64,000 nucleotides of DNA from Candidatus Pyrohabitans jungbluthii (GTDB lineage: Archaea > Hydrothermarchaeota > Hydrothermarchaeia > Hydrothermarchaeales > BMS3B), in the NCBI GenBank assembly GCA_002010065.2, contig MTMD02000001.1:64001-128000 (forward strand), read 5' to 3'. The notes beneath the pieces are model-generated. The model was not told where the DNA came from, ran no database searches, and saw only the letters and a list, made by a program, of their open reading frames with translations. Positions 38,539 through 48,816 of the stretch are shown here, piece by piece. Numbering within the stretch: the first letter of the stretch is position 1; every line of letters begins with the position of its first letter. The translations under genes were made by a program, and so were the position numbers.

Positions 38539-40721
38539 GGATGCCGATATTTTTTAAAATAGTCACCATCTCGCTCCTGTTTTCAATGTTATCTCTTGGG
38601 CTCTTCACTGTCAGCTTTGCGACCCCTGGAGGGTTTACCCCAGCTTATTTCCTCTATATGGTGATAATCATCCTGGGAATCTCTCTTTTTGTCGCCGGTA
38701 GCATAACAGAGCCTCTGGAAAGGCTGAAGGTTGGCTTTGAGAGAATTATGAGAGGGGGCAACGCCCATGTGGAGATAAATACTGGAGACGAGTTTGAAGA
38801 CCTCGCCCATGCGTTTAATCACATGGCGGGGGAGTTGACAAGGCAGAGGGAGATGCTGAAGAGGAGTGAGGAGAAGTACAGACTTCTAATAGAGGACATC
38901 AACGACTGGGTATTTGAGCTGGACGAAAACTGGGTTTACACCTATTCCAGCCCCAAGGTCAGGGAAATTCTGGGCTATGAGCCTGAGGAGGTTCTGGGAA
39001 AGACGCCGCTGGATTTCATGCCCGAGGAAGAGAGAGCATTAGCTATTAAAAAAATTAAAGAAATCAGAGAAAAGCAAACTTCGTTTTCGGGGCAGGAAAA
39101 TGTTTTCATGAAAAAGGATGGGAGTTTTGTAGTACTGGAGACCAGCGGCAGGCCATTTTTTGATGAAAATGGAAGTTTAAAGGGTTACAGAGCTGTTAGT
39201 AGAGATATAACTGCAAGAAAGCGGGCTGAGGAGAGATTAGCCTACCTCGCAGGAATTGCTGAGCATTCTATAGATGCGATAATCTCTCTGGACCTTGAGG
39301 GGAGGATAGTCTCCTGGAACAAGGGTGCGGAGATGATGTTTGGGTATAAAGAAGCAGAGGTAATAGGGAATCTAATGAATAGCATTGTGCCAGAAGAGCT
39401 CTGGGATTCCTGTGGGAAGAATTTTAAAAAGGCGATTATGGAGGGCTACGCCAGGGATATAGAGACCATAAGGCTCGCGAAGGATGGGAGAAGGGTGCTG
39501 GTGGACCAGACGCTTACCACAATTTACAACCCCAAGGGTGAGCTTATAGGCTTTGTTGCAATAATGCGAGATATAACCAAGCGAAAGGAGGCTGAAGAAG
39601 AGCTTAAAAGGGCGTACAGGCAACTGGAGGAGAGAACCAAAGAGTTGCTGAAATCCCAGAAGGAGCTGGAATACTTTGCAAACATCGTTGAAAATTCCAA
39701 CGATGCTATCTACTCTGTAAACCTAGATGGAATTATTACCAGCTGGAATAAAACCGCTGAAAAGATGTTCGGCTGGAGAAAAAATGAAGCTATAGGTATG
39801 CAGGCAGGCAAACTACTGCCAGATGAAATTAAGAATGAAACACCCTTCCTTATTCAGAAGGTAAAGCAGGGAGTGAAGTTCATATCCTACGAGACCAAAA
39901 GGGTGAGCAAGGACGGCGCTATAATAGATGTGGATGTGACCATCTCACCAATCTTGGACGAAAGTGGTAATCCAGCGGGATTTTCTGTGATAGCGAGGGA
40001 CATATCTTCCAAGGTTAAAGCCGAAGAAGGGATGCTCAAGAGGATTTTGAAGTACGATGTTAGCAGGGGCAGGATTTACCTGATAGAGGAGCCCTTTCCA
40101 GACCTTGCCAAAGATGTACTCCTTGACCTAGTAAAATGTGGTTATGCAGGCACAGTGATAACAAGGAGGCTCGCAGAGGAGATAGGTGTACGTGGTGTGG
40201 TGTATTTCTGGCTCTCTGAGAAGAGAGGAAAAGATACTCTCTCACCTGAGATTTCTGAGGTGGAGTCTACGATAATGAACCTGCCAAACTGGAACAATGC
40301 CGTGCTTTTAGAGCTGGACTACCTCATCCTTAAAAATGGATTTGAGAAGGTGTTTGAATTCGTCCAGAGAATGAAAGAGGCATTTTATTTCCTGAAAAAG
40401 GGTGTGCTGCTTCTTTCATTAGACCCTGAGATTCTGACACAGAGGCAGGCAAAGCTTCTCAGGAAGGAATGTGGCATTATAAAGCCAAAGCAGCATGAAC
40501 TCCCGCCTGAGGTTTTTGAGATTTTAAGGCATGTTTACATGGAGAACAGGGTAGGGAAGAAACCGTCTATTAAGGAGATTATGCAGAAGTTCAACATTGC
40601 GAGAAATACAGCCAAAAAACGCATACGGTACCTCGAAGGTAAGGAATTGGTGAATGTGGTCAGGGTGGGTAGGCTGAAGTTACTTGAGGTCACAGAGAAG
40701 GGTAAAGAGCTATTCTATTAG
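38535..40721 (+). CDS. Membrane sensor: HAMP-PASx3-DUF835-like-wHTH
   Basis: Two TM helices, HAMP (GDEFEDLAHAFNHM), three PAS/PAC repeats (RDIT), an inactive ATPase-like domain and a C-terminal wHTH. Confidence 0.88.
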   Translation: MRMPIFFKIVTISLLFSMLSLGLFTVSFATPGGFTPAYFLYMVIIILGISLFVAGSITEPLERLKVGFERIMRGGNAHVEINTGDEFEDLAHAFNHMAGELTRQREMLKRSEEKYRLLIEDINDWVFELDENWVYTYSSPKVREILGYEPEEVLGKTPLDFMPEEERALAIKKIKEIREKQTSFSGQENVFMKKDGSFVVLETSGRPFFDENGSLKGYRAVSRDITARKRAEERLAYLAGIAEHSIDAIISLDLEGRIVSWNKGAEMMFGYKEAEVIGNLMNSIVPEELWDSCGKNFKKAIMEGYARDIETIRLAKDGRRVLVDQTLTTIYNPKGELIGFVAIMRDITKRKEAEEELKRAYRQLEERTKELLKSQKELEYFANIVENSNDAIYSVNLDGIITSWNKTAEKMFGWRKNEAIGMQAGKLLPDEIKNETPFLIQKVKQGVKFISYETKRVSKDGAIIDVDVTISPILDESGNPAGFSVIARDISSKVKAEEGMLKRILKYDVSRGRIYLIEEPFPDLAKDVLLDLVKCGYAGTVITRRLAEEIGVRGVVYFWLSEKRGKDTLSPEISEVESTIMNLPNWNNAVLLELDYLILKNGFEKVFEFVQRMKEAFYFLKKGVLLLSLDPEILTQRQAKLLRKECGIIKPKQHELPPEVFEILRHVYMENRVGKKPSIKEIMQKFNIARNTAKKRIRYLEGKELVNVVRVGRLKLLEVTEKGKELFY

Positions 40722-40820
40722 GCGCAGGTATATTGAAAATATTGACACTTTTTTTGACGATATTGATAAGCAAACTGTCACCCCTAGTTTTTCTAGCGGC
40801 GCAGAAAAGGTGGGTAGGAA

Positions 40821-40988
40821 GTGAGCCAGGGCATTAAAGTTGGAGTGGGAAAGGAGTGGAGCAAGCTGTGGAACACCGAAGAGTGGTGGGCCGTGTGGGA
40901 GGCATTGCTTAAACTCTCTGGCTATGGAAACAGAAAAGATGCGCAGATAGAGAAGGTCTTGAGATACAGCAAAAGCAGCAGGAGATAA
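40821..40988 (+). pseudogene. Truncated N-terminus of a large sulfate-exporter-family transporter
   Basis: VSQGIKVGVGKEWSKLWNTEEWWAVW resembles the W..LW..EDWWAVW N-terminal signature I recall for such exporters, followed by unrelated sequence and a stop. Confidence 0.5.
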
Positions 40989-41014
40989 TCACTAAAACTC
41001 CATAAACAAAGCTC

Positions 41015-41257
41015 ATGGGTATTCCGATGAAACAGATACATGCCAATAAAATCATAGTGCTTAACAAAACCTTCTGTCCACCTGCAGCGGTGGTGCTCTC
41101 CAGCCTAAAGAAGGCAAAGGCAGGAGAGGTGCTCCACATCAAGGCTTCAGCGTGCCATGCCCAGCTTGTAGCTGACTTAGCTGAGCGCGTAGGGGCCGAG
41201 GTGATATTTAAGGATAAAAATGGCACCTGCACCAGCTTCTGGATTTTGAAAAAGTAG
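41015..41257 (+). CDS. Divergent TusA-like protein (paralog of 32086-32316)
   Basis: KTFCPPAAVVLSSLKKAKAGEVL...WILKK. Confidence 0.72.
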   Translation: MGIPMKQIHANKIIVLNKTFCPPAAVVLSSLKKAKAGEVLHIKASACHAQLVADLAERVGAEVIFKDKNGTCTSFWILKK

Positions 41258-41258
41258 G

Positions 41259-41969
41259 TTAGCGGAGGTACTCAGCCAGCCTGCTCTCAAGCTCAGGCAT
41301 ATACGGTGCCAGCATCGCCTGAAGCACGCGGTCTAGGTTAAAGAAGAAAGCTACTCCTGCGATTATCAGCACCCAGCCTGCGATTTTTTTTGCATAGACG
41401 TTGTACCTGCTGACGCTCGCCACCCTGCTGGTGGCAAACTTCCCGAGATAAGCCACAGCAAGCATTGGTATGCCCAGACCTATTGAATATGCAAAGAGGG
41501 AAACCCCACCCGTAACCACATCGCTGGTTACAAGCATCAGCACCGGGCCAAGCACCGGTCCGACGCAGGGTATCCACACTATACCGAGGGATAGGCCAAG
41601 AAGGAGTGCCCCTAAATAACCTTCTCTCTGCTTTGATGTGAAGCCAGGGATACTGAGCTTGTTGAGGAGCATAGTGGAGTACATCACAAAGTAGCTGTTC
41701 AGCCTCTCGCTAACAAGCATAGCACCCATGAGTATTATGAGGATGATTCCAAATATGCGCAATCCCCCAGAGATGGGTCCCATAGCTTCTCTGAAAATAG
41801 AGGTGAGCACGCCCATGACGGTGAATGTTATGCTCATCCCGGCGACGATTATAAGGGGACGAAGCTTAGAGCCAGCGCCACCAGCCATCACCACCGGCAC
41901 AAGGGGGAAAACGCAGGGTGAGGTGATACTCACTATGCCAGCGAGAAAGGACATGAGCACCAACTTCAT
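41259..41969 (-). CDS. ccdA: CcdA/DsbD-type transmembrane thiol-disulfide transporter
   Basis: SPCVFPLVP and WIPCVGPVL motifs. Confidence 0.92.
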   Translation of the reverse strand: MKLVLMSFLAGIVSITSPCVFPLVPVVMAGGAGSKLRPLIIVAGMSITFTVMGVLTSIFREAMGPISGGLRIFGIILIILMGAMLVSERLNSYFVMYSTMLLNKLSIPGFTSKQREGYLGALLLGLSLGIVWIPCVGPVLGPVLMLVTSDVVTGGVSLFAYSIGLGIPMLAVAYLGKFATSRVASVSRYNVYAKKIAGWVLIIAGVAFFFNLDRVLQAMLAPYMPELESRLAEYLR

Positions 41970-42047
41970 TCAGAACACCTTCATAGCTTGCCAAAACTAC
42001 CGAGGCAAAAACCTTTAAAAATTGCAGGGTAATAATTACTGGGGTAG

Positions 42048-42967
<920 letters not shown>

Positions 42968-42968
<1 letters not shown>

Positions 42969-43429
42969 TGGAGAGAGACATACGGGTGAGGAAGATCAAG
43001 GACGGTACCGTCATAGACCACATCACCGCCGGGCAGGCGCTCAATGTGCTGAAGATAATAGGCATAACCCGGGAATTTCCGAAGACAACTGTAACCGTGG
43101 CGATAAATGTGCCTTCCCGGAAAGCGGGGCTGAAGGACATAGTGAAGGTCGAGGGGAAGGAGCTGAGAAGCGAAGAGGTGGACAAGATTGCGCTTATCGC
43201 CCCCAAGGCGACAATAAACATAATTCGCAACTACCAGGTGGTGGAGAAGAAGGAGGTCTCTATACCGCCAAAGCTTGAGGGCGTGCTGAAGTGCGCCAAC
43301 CCTAACTGCATAACCCACTTTGAGCCTGTTAAAACTAAGTTTCATGTGGAGAAGAAGGAGCCCATAAAGCTTCGGTGCCATTACTGCGAGCGAGTAATGA
43401 GTGAGGCAGAGATAGTGAGGCAGTTCTAG
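42968..43429 (+). CDS. pyrI: Aspartate carbamoyltransferase regulatory subunit
   Basis: GTVIDHI, CANPNCI and CHYCE motifs. Confidence 0.98.
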
Positions 43430-43434
43430 CGCAT

Positions 43435-44370
43435 ATGGACGTAGCAGAAATCCGCCAGAGGTTTGCAGAGATCAACCCGAAATTCGTGAAGAGGTACGCA
43501 AAGATAGACGATACTGACGAGTTTTACATATACTCAGCAAAGCCTCTGCGACCAAGCATACGGGTTAATACTCTAAAAGCAGATGTCGAAGAGGTTGTGG
43601 AGAGGCTCAGCGAGAGGTTTGAGCTTGAGCCTGTGCCCTGGTGTCCCGAGGGCTTCTGGGTGAGAGGGGAAGAGAAAGTGAGTACTACCATGGAGCATGC
43701 TCTGGGCTTAATTTTTGTTCAGGAAGCGGCGTCCATGCTTCCCCCAGTGGTTTTAGACGTGGAGCCGGGCATGCTTGTGCTGGATGTTGCCGCCTCGCCT
43801 GGAGCGAAAAGCACGCAGATAGCCCAGTACATGCGCAACCAGGGCTGTCTCATTGCCAATGACGTTAGGATGGAGCGAGCAAGGATACTCGCCTCCAACC
43901 TGCAGCGCTGCGGAGTGCTCATCGCAAAGGTTACCCTTAGCGATGGGCGGAGCTTTTCCAGGTATCGCGAAACCTTTGACCGCGTGCTTCTAGACGCACC
44001 ATGCAGCAACGCTGGCATGGTGCGCAAGAACTACAAGTACCTCAAAATATGGGGACAGCGCCGCCCTAAAAAGTACTCCAAGCTTCAGAAGGAACTTATA
44101 AGCGCTGCCTATGAGGCGTTAAAGCCGGGTGGGGTGCTGGTCTACTCCACCTGCACCCTTGACCCGGTGGAGAATGAGGGGGTGGTTGACCACCTGCTGA
44201 TGAACACAGATGCAGAGATTGAGGAGCCAAAGCTTCCTGTTAAGAGGCATCCTGCGTTTTTAGAGTTTGAGGGCAAGAGCTACACCAGCGAGGTGCGCAA
44301 GTGCCTGCGCCTGCATCCCCAGGACAATGACACCGAGGGTTTCTTCGTGGCGAAGGTGGTGAAGCCATGA
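43435..44370 (+). CDS. RsmB/NOP2-family RNA m5C methyltransferase
   Basis: QEAASM, AASPGAKS, LLDAPCS and YSTCT motifs. Confidence 0.94.
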   Translation: MDVAEIRQRFAEINPKFVKRYAKIDDTDEFYIYSAKPLRPSIRVNTLKADVEEVVERLSERFELEPVPWCPEGFWVRGEEKVSTTMEHALGLIFVQEAASMLPPVVLDVEPGMLVLDVAASPGAKSTQIAQYMRNQGCLIANDVRMERARILASNLQRCGVLIAKVTLSDGRSFSRYRETFDRVLLDAPCSNAGMVRKNYKYLKIWGQRRPKKYSKLQKELISAAYEALKPGGVLVYSTCTLDPVENEGVVDHLLMNTDAEIEEPKLPVKRHPAFLEFEGKSYTSEVRKCLRLHPQDNDTEGFFVAKVVKP

Positions 44371-44768
44371 GCGTTACAATGGTACTTGAACTCCTCAAGG
44401 AGCAGTTCGGTGTCGAGAGCATTGACTTCAAGCTGCGCGAAGGCGGAAGCGGGCGTTATTACGCCTACAGGGAATGCGAGCTTGAGATTGAGGAGTTCGC
44501 CTCTGGGGTATACTTCGGAAAGCTGGAGAAAGATGGTCTTCGCCTCTCTGTGGAAGGGTGCTATCTTGTGGGGAGGAATGCTACAAAGGGTATGGTGGAG
44601 GTGAGCAGAGAGCAGGCGGAGCAATGGATGCGCGGCGAAGACCTGGAGATTGAGGCTAGGGGCTATGTGATTCTCCGCTGGGGGAGCTACTTCTTAGGAT
44701 GCGGAAAGGGCAAAGGTGGGAAGATTCTGAACTACCTGCCAAAGGAGAGGAGGGTGCCTTCACCGTAA
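44367..44768 (+). CDS. RsmF C-terminal/NIP7-like PUA protein
   Basis: GLRLSVEG, WMRGEDL and LGCGK...NYLPK motifs; translationally coupled to the methyltransferase. Confidence 0.8.
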   Translation: MSVTMVLELLKEQFGVESIDFKLREGGSGRYYAYRECELEIEEFASGVYFGKLEKDGLRLSVEGCYLVGRNATKGMVEVSREQAEQWMRGEDLEIEARGYVILRWGSYFLGCGKGKGGKILNYLPKERRVPSP

Positions 44769-44829
44769 CCTTTATATACCTAATCATGCTACTATGTAGC
44801 ATGCTAACAAATAGCATGAAGGTGGAAAG

Positions 44830-45627
44830 ATGAGCGAGATTGGCAAGCGCGTCAGACTTGAGAGGATAATAAACCGCGAGACGAGAAAGACAATAATAGT
44901 TCCCATGGACCATGGCGTGAGCTCAGGACCAATCGCGGGCTTAATAGACATGCCTGCAGCGGTGAACAGCGTTGCTGAGGGTGGAGCGAATGCGGTGCTT
45001 CTCCATAAGGGCATAATCAAACATGGACACCGCGGCTATGGGCGAGATATTGGTCTAATAATGCATCTCTCCGGAAGCACCTCGCTTTCACCTGACCCCA
45101 ACAACAAGGTGCTCGTCGCAACAGTAGAGGAGGCGATAAAACTCGGAGCAGACGCTGTAAGCATCCATGTCAATGTAGGCGCGGACGACGAAGCTGAGAT
45201 GCTCACCCAGCTTGGCGAGATAAGCGCAAAGTGCATGGAGTGGGGCATACCTCTCCTAGCTATGATGTACCCCAGGGGAAGGAAAATTGAGAGCGAGCAC
45301 GACGTTGAGGTGGTTAAGCACGCTGCCCGCGTGGGTGCAGAGCTGGGCGCAGATATAGTTAAGACGAACTACACAGGAGACGTGGATACCTTCAAAGAGG
45401 TTGTCAAGGGCTGCCCGGTGCCGGTGGTTATTGCAGGTGGCCCCAAGATGAGCACCGACCGCGAAGTGCTTGAGATGGTAGCAGGCGCAATAGAGGCTGG
45501 CGCTGCGGGAACGAGCATAGGCAGAAACATTTTCCAGCACACCTCGCCAACTAAAATGGTGCGCGCCATCGCGGCGATAGTGCATGAAGGTAAAAGTGTG
45601 GATGAGGCTATGAAGCTTCTCCAGTAG
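44830..45627 (+). CDS. aroA': 2-amino-3,7-dideoxy-D-threo-hept-6-ulosonate synthase
   Basis: [15 protein letters not shown] and GRNIFQ motifs; adjacent to DHQ synthase II. Confidence 0.92.
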   Translation: MSEIGKRVRLERIINRETRKTIIVPMDHGVSSGPIAGLIDMPAAVNSVAEGGANAVLLHKGIIKHGHRGYGRDIGLIMHLSGSTSLSPDPNNKVLVATVEEAIKLGADAVSIHVNVGADDEAEMLTQLGEISAKCMEWGIPLLAMMYPRGRKIESEHDVEVVKHAARVGAELGADIVKTNYTGDVDTFKEVVKGCPVPVVIAGGPKMSTDREVLEMVAGAIEAGAAGTSIGRNIFQHTSPTKMVRAIAAIVHEGKSVDEAMKLLQ

Positions 45628-45630
45628 CGA

Positions 45631-45704
45631 AACTTCGTCACCCTATCGCTTCGCGAGACGGGTAACTTCGTCACCCTATCGCCTGACGGCGAAACGGGTA
45701 ACCC
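45631..45704. repeat. Tandem pair of REP-like palindromic units
   Basis: aacttcgtcaccctatcgc-(ttc|ctgacg)-gcga(g/a)acgggt occurs twice in tandem. Confidence 0.8.
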
Positions 45705-45744
45705 TTATTACCTCTTCATGCAAAGATTATGCAAAGGTGGTGCA

Positions 45745-46857
45745 ATGAAGTTTTTCTGGGTAGATGCAACCTCTGGCGAAAGCTGGGATGAGCGTAAGGC
45801 AGTAATAACCACCAGCCTTGAATCAGGCGCCGCTGGCGTGGTGGTGCGCAGCGAGGACGCAGAGAAGGCTGCCAAGCTGGGCAAGGTGAAGCTGGTCTGC
45901 GAGGGCGATGGATGCGATTGTACGCTGGTGCGCTTCGCCGATAAGGAGCTTCCCTCAAGGCTGGAAGAACTGGAGGATATGGCTCTGGTCAGAGAACTAA
46001 AGGAGAAGGGCAGGGAAGTCGCTGCCTACGTTGAGATTCTCAGCAAAGCCCACGAGAGGTTGGCGGCGCAATTAGCAAGGCTCGCCGATTATATAATCGT
46101 TGTGGGGAAGGACTGGAAGGTAATCCCCCTTGAGAACCTCATAGCAGAGCTTCAGAAGGAAGATGTGAAGGTAATCGCTGGCGTTAAAAACGCGGAGGAT
46201 GCAAAGCTAGCGCTTGAGACCCTCGAGGTGGGTACAGATGGCGTGCTCTTAGAGAGCGATGACGTTAATGAAATAAAGCGCGTCTCAAGCATAGTTTCGC
46301 GCAGTGCGGAGAGGCTTGAGCTAACCTGCGCGAAGGTTGTGAATCTCAGGCAGGTGGGCATGGGCGACCGCGTGTGTATAGACACTGCCTCGCTGCTAAA
46401 GATAGGAGAGGGTATGCTGGTTGGAAGCCAGGCGGCTGGGCTCTTTCTTATCCACTCAGAAACTCTGGAGAGCGAGTATGTTGCCTCTCGCCCATTCCGC
46501 GTGAATGCAGGGGCAGTGCACGCTTATGTTCTTGCCCCGGGAGGAAAGACGCGCTACCTGAGCGAACTTAAGGCAGGGGACGAGGTTTTAGCAGTCGATG
46601 CTGAAGGAAACACCCGCAGGGTTATTGTGGGCAGGGTGAAGATAGAGCGTCGCCCTCTAATGCTGGTTGAAGCGGAGGTGGATGGCAGAGTTTACAAGAC
46701 ACTGCTCCAGAACGCTGAGACCATCAACCTAGTCACCAAGGACGGAAAGCCCATCTCTGTGGCGAAACTCAAGGTTGGGGATGAGGTGCTGATTTACTGC
46801 GCCAGCGAGGGCAGGCACTTCGGCATGGAAGTGGAGGAGACGGTAATAGAGCGGTGA
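45745..46857 (+). CDS. aroB': 3-dehydroquinate synthase II
   Basis: DWKVIPLENLIA, GDRVCIDT and RPFRVNAGAVH motifs. Confidence 0.95.
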   Translation: MKFFWVDATSGESWDERKAVITTSLESGAAGVVVRSEDAEKAAKLGKVKLVCEGDGCDCTLVRFADKELPSRLEELEDMALVRELKEKGREVAAYVEILSKAHERLAAQLARLADYIIVVGKDWKVIPLENLIAELQKEDVKVIAGVKNAEDAKLALETLEVGTDGVLLESDDVNEIKRVSSIVSRSAERLELTCAKVVNLRQVGMGDRVCIDTASLLKIGEGMLVGSQAAGLFLIHSETLESEYVASRPFRVNAGAVHAYVLAPGGKTRYLSELKAGDEVLAVDAEGNTRRVIVGRVKIERRPLMLVEAEVDGRVYKTLLQNAETINLVTKDGKPISVAKLKVGDEVLIYCASEGRHFGMEVEETVIER

Positions 46858-47475
46858 TTATCGCCCTTTCTCTAATGCTTTTTTAAACGCGGCGATGTGC
46901 ACCTCACCGGCGAAGTGCAGCGGAGCCTTTTTACCCTGAGCAACTTCATACCCGGCGGCGGCTCTGCATATGAACTGCACCTCAAGGGCAAATCGCTGCA
47001 CAGCCTTTTCCACAGGCATGCCCACTATTTTCTCTGCCGCTTCCCAGGTGGCGCCGCAGGGTGCACCCTTCTTCACCCTTACGTTGGCGACCTTTCCCTC
47101 GCGTACCTCAACCTCAAGCTCCGGCGTGCCAAAGCGCCGAGCGTATTCCCCTGCTTCCTTCACCTCGCCCAGACCGCAGCACGTGGGCGGGGTTATTGCG
47201 CCGGCGATGCGCCTCCCTGGAGAGATAACTGGTATCCCCTTGCGTTTCGCAACTTCGGCGAGAAACTCACTCAGGTCAGGATGATAAAGGTAGTCAAGCA
47301 CAAGCTCAGCCTCGAAATCGCTGGAAATGTAATCCTCGGGCTCATCTATAATCTCCGGCAGCACCTCAGGTACTGTAAAAATCTTTGTTATCTCAATATC
47401 TCTGCCATACTTTTCAATACCAGCTATTTTGTGGATTCCTCGCCCACCCCTCTGAAAAACAACAATCCTCATCAC
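46858..47475 (-). CDS. DUF166 family protein
   Basis: LPEIIDEPEDY, HPDLS, PTCCGL and GAPCGATW motifs. Confidence 0.82.
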   Translation of the reverse strand: MMRIVVFQRGGRGIHKIAGIEKYGRDIEITKIFTVPEVLPEIIDEPEDYISSDFEAELVLDYLYHPDLSEFLAEVAKRKGIPVISPGRRIAGAITPPTCCGLGEVKEAGEYARRFGTPELEVEVREGKVANVRVKKGAPCGATWEAAEKIVGMPVEKAVQRFALEVQFICRAAAGYEVAQGKKAPLHFAGEVHIAAFKKALEKGR

Positions 47476-47612
47476 GGACCCGGCTGAAAATCTGGGCAGC
47501 TCCTGTTTTTCTCTATATTCAAATTCCAGCGGTTATGCATAAGGCACCTGTACCGCATGTTGTAGTCAGTTATCAAATTCTCCAGCAGGGCACAGTCCTC
47601 GCACCTTACCAT
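47472..47612 (-). CDS. Small Cys4 protein (46 aa)
   Basis: Not in the ORF track: MVRCEDCALLENLITDYNMRYRCLMHNRWNLNIEKNRSCPDFQPGP. GGTGGTG RBS; stop overlaps the DUF166 start. Confidence 0.7.
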   Translation of the reverse strand: MVRCEDCALLENLITDYNMRYRCLMHNRWNLNIEKNRSCPDFQPGP

Positions 47613-47716
47613 GGCACCACCATAGCTGCTGGGATTTAGGGTTTTTGTGGGTTGTTGTGTATATAAATGTTTCCCTTAATTTCTATTTTTTTCTACCCTA
47701 ACTCCTGCCTTCCAAG

Positions 47717-48043
47717 CTATTCATTATTTTTATTATAATGCTCAACCTCCACGTCCAGAGTAATTACCAGACCCTCGCCCAGCATTTCCTTTATTTTTGG
47801 AAGCACGCTCTCTATTGCACCGCTCTCTGCTATGGTGTCAATAACCACAGGCAGGTCCATGCTGAATCTTAAAATGTCAACTGAGTGTTCGCCACTCTTT
47901 GGACCATAGCTCTCTATCCCTCTGAGCACAGTTGCTCCAGGTATGCCGCTCCTCTTTAAAAGCTCCAGCACCGCCTTGTAGGCAGGCTTCCCTTTGTATT
48001 TATAACTTTCACCTATGTAAATTCTAAGCCATTTAGCTTTCAC
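47717..48043 (-). CDS. DUF190 (PII-like) protein
   Basis: LRIYIGES, GATVLRGI and DLPVVI motifs; typical crcB neighbour. Confidence 0.9.
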   Translation of the reverse strand: MKAKWLRIYIGESYKYKGKPAYKAVLELLKRSGIPGATVLRGIESYGPKSGEHSVDILRFSMDLPVVIDTIAESGAIESVLPKIKEMLGEGLVITLDVEVEHYNKNNE

Positions 48044-48387
48044 AGAATCCCTCCTGACAGTTTTTTGCCCAAGGCAAAGGCTATAGCACCAAGGAACAGG
48101 TTAAGAGTTATATTTAAAAGAAAACCCTTAAAGTTTCCCCTTTCCGCTAACCTGAAGCTCTCATAGCTCAGAGTTGAGAAGGTTGTGAGGGAGCCAGAAA
48201 AACCCACGGCAAAGAAGAAGTATACTTCATTCCTACCTTCTATGAAAAAGGGGAGAAGAAAGCAGCCCAGAGTGTTCACTGTGAGAGTACCTAGGGGTAT
48301 TTCCTTGAATCCAGGAATTCTGTAGAGGTAGTAGCGCAGCGCTGCACCTAAAGAGCCTCCCAGGGCAACGAGAATAGCGCTTTCCAT
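48040..48387 (-). CDS. crcB: Fluoride channel Fluc/CrcB
   Basis: GGSLGAALRY, GTLTVN and GSLTTFST motifs. Confidence 0.93.
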   Translation of the reverse strand: MESAILVALGGSLGAALRYYLYRIPGFKEIPLGTLTVNTLGCFLLPFFIEGRNEVYFFFAVGFSGSLTTFSTLSYESFRLAERGNFKGFLLNITLNLFLGAIAFALGKKLSGGIL

Positions 48388-48391
48388 TCAC

Positions 48392-48781
48392 TCAATCCCT
48401 CCTGGCAAGGTACAGAGCGAAAGCTCTGCCTGAGTAAACTGAAGCAAGACCCAGAATAAAGTTTGAGGTGATATAGATAAAGCTCTGAAGGAAAGGAAGG
48501 TTGAAAGCATCGTAAATAAAAGTAGAAAAGGTGGTGAAGCTTCCCAAGATGCCTGCTGCTATAAGAACTCTGCTCTGCGCTGACAGGGCACCAATATATA
48601 TCTCCTCGTACATGAGAAAGCCCAGCAAAAGGCACCCGAGGATATTAACAGCCAGAGTTGAGTAGGGCTGGGGTATTGCGCCGGAGAAGATATAGCGGAG
48701 GGTTGCTCCAGCACCACCCCCAAGGGCCACAAGAATGTAGGGCTCGACAGCTACAAGCTTGTAATAGGCTGAGTTCTTCAA
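48392..48781 (-). CDS. crcB: Fluoride channel Fluc/CrcB (second copy)
   Basis: GGGAGATLRY and GSFTTFSTF motifs; likely TTG start at 48781 after GGAGGT. Confidence 0.9.
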   Translation of the reverse strand: MKNSAYYKLVAVEPYILVALGGGAGATLRYIFSGAIPQPYSTLAVNILGCLLLGFLMYEEIYIGALSAQSRVLIAAGILGSFTTFSTFIYDAFNLPFLQSFIYITSNFILGLASVYSGRAFALYLARRD

Positions 48782-48816
48782 GAAGTGAACCTCCTGATGA
48801 AGCCTCGTCAGCTCAA

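Noticed and set aside
45631-45704. CRISPR array
   Set aside because: Only two adjacent units, no unique spacers and no cas genes.
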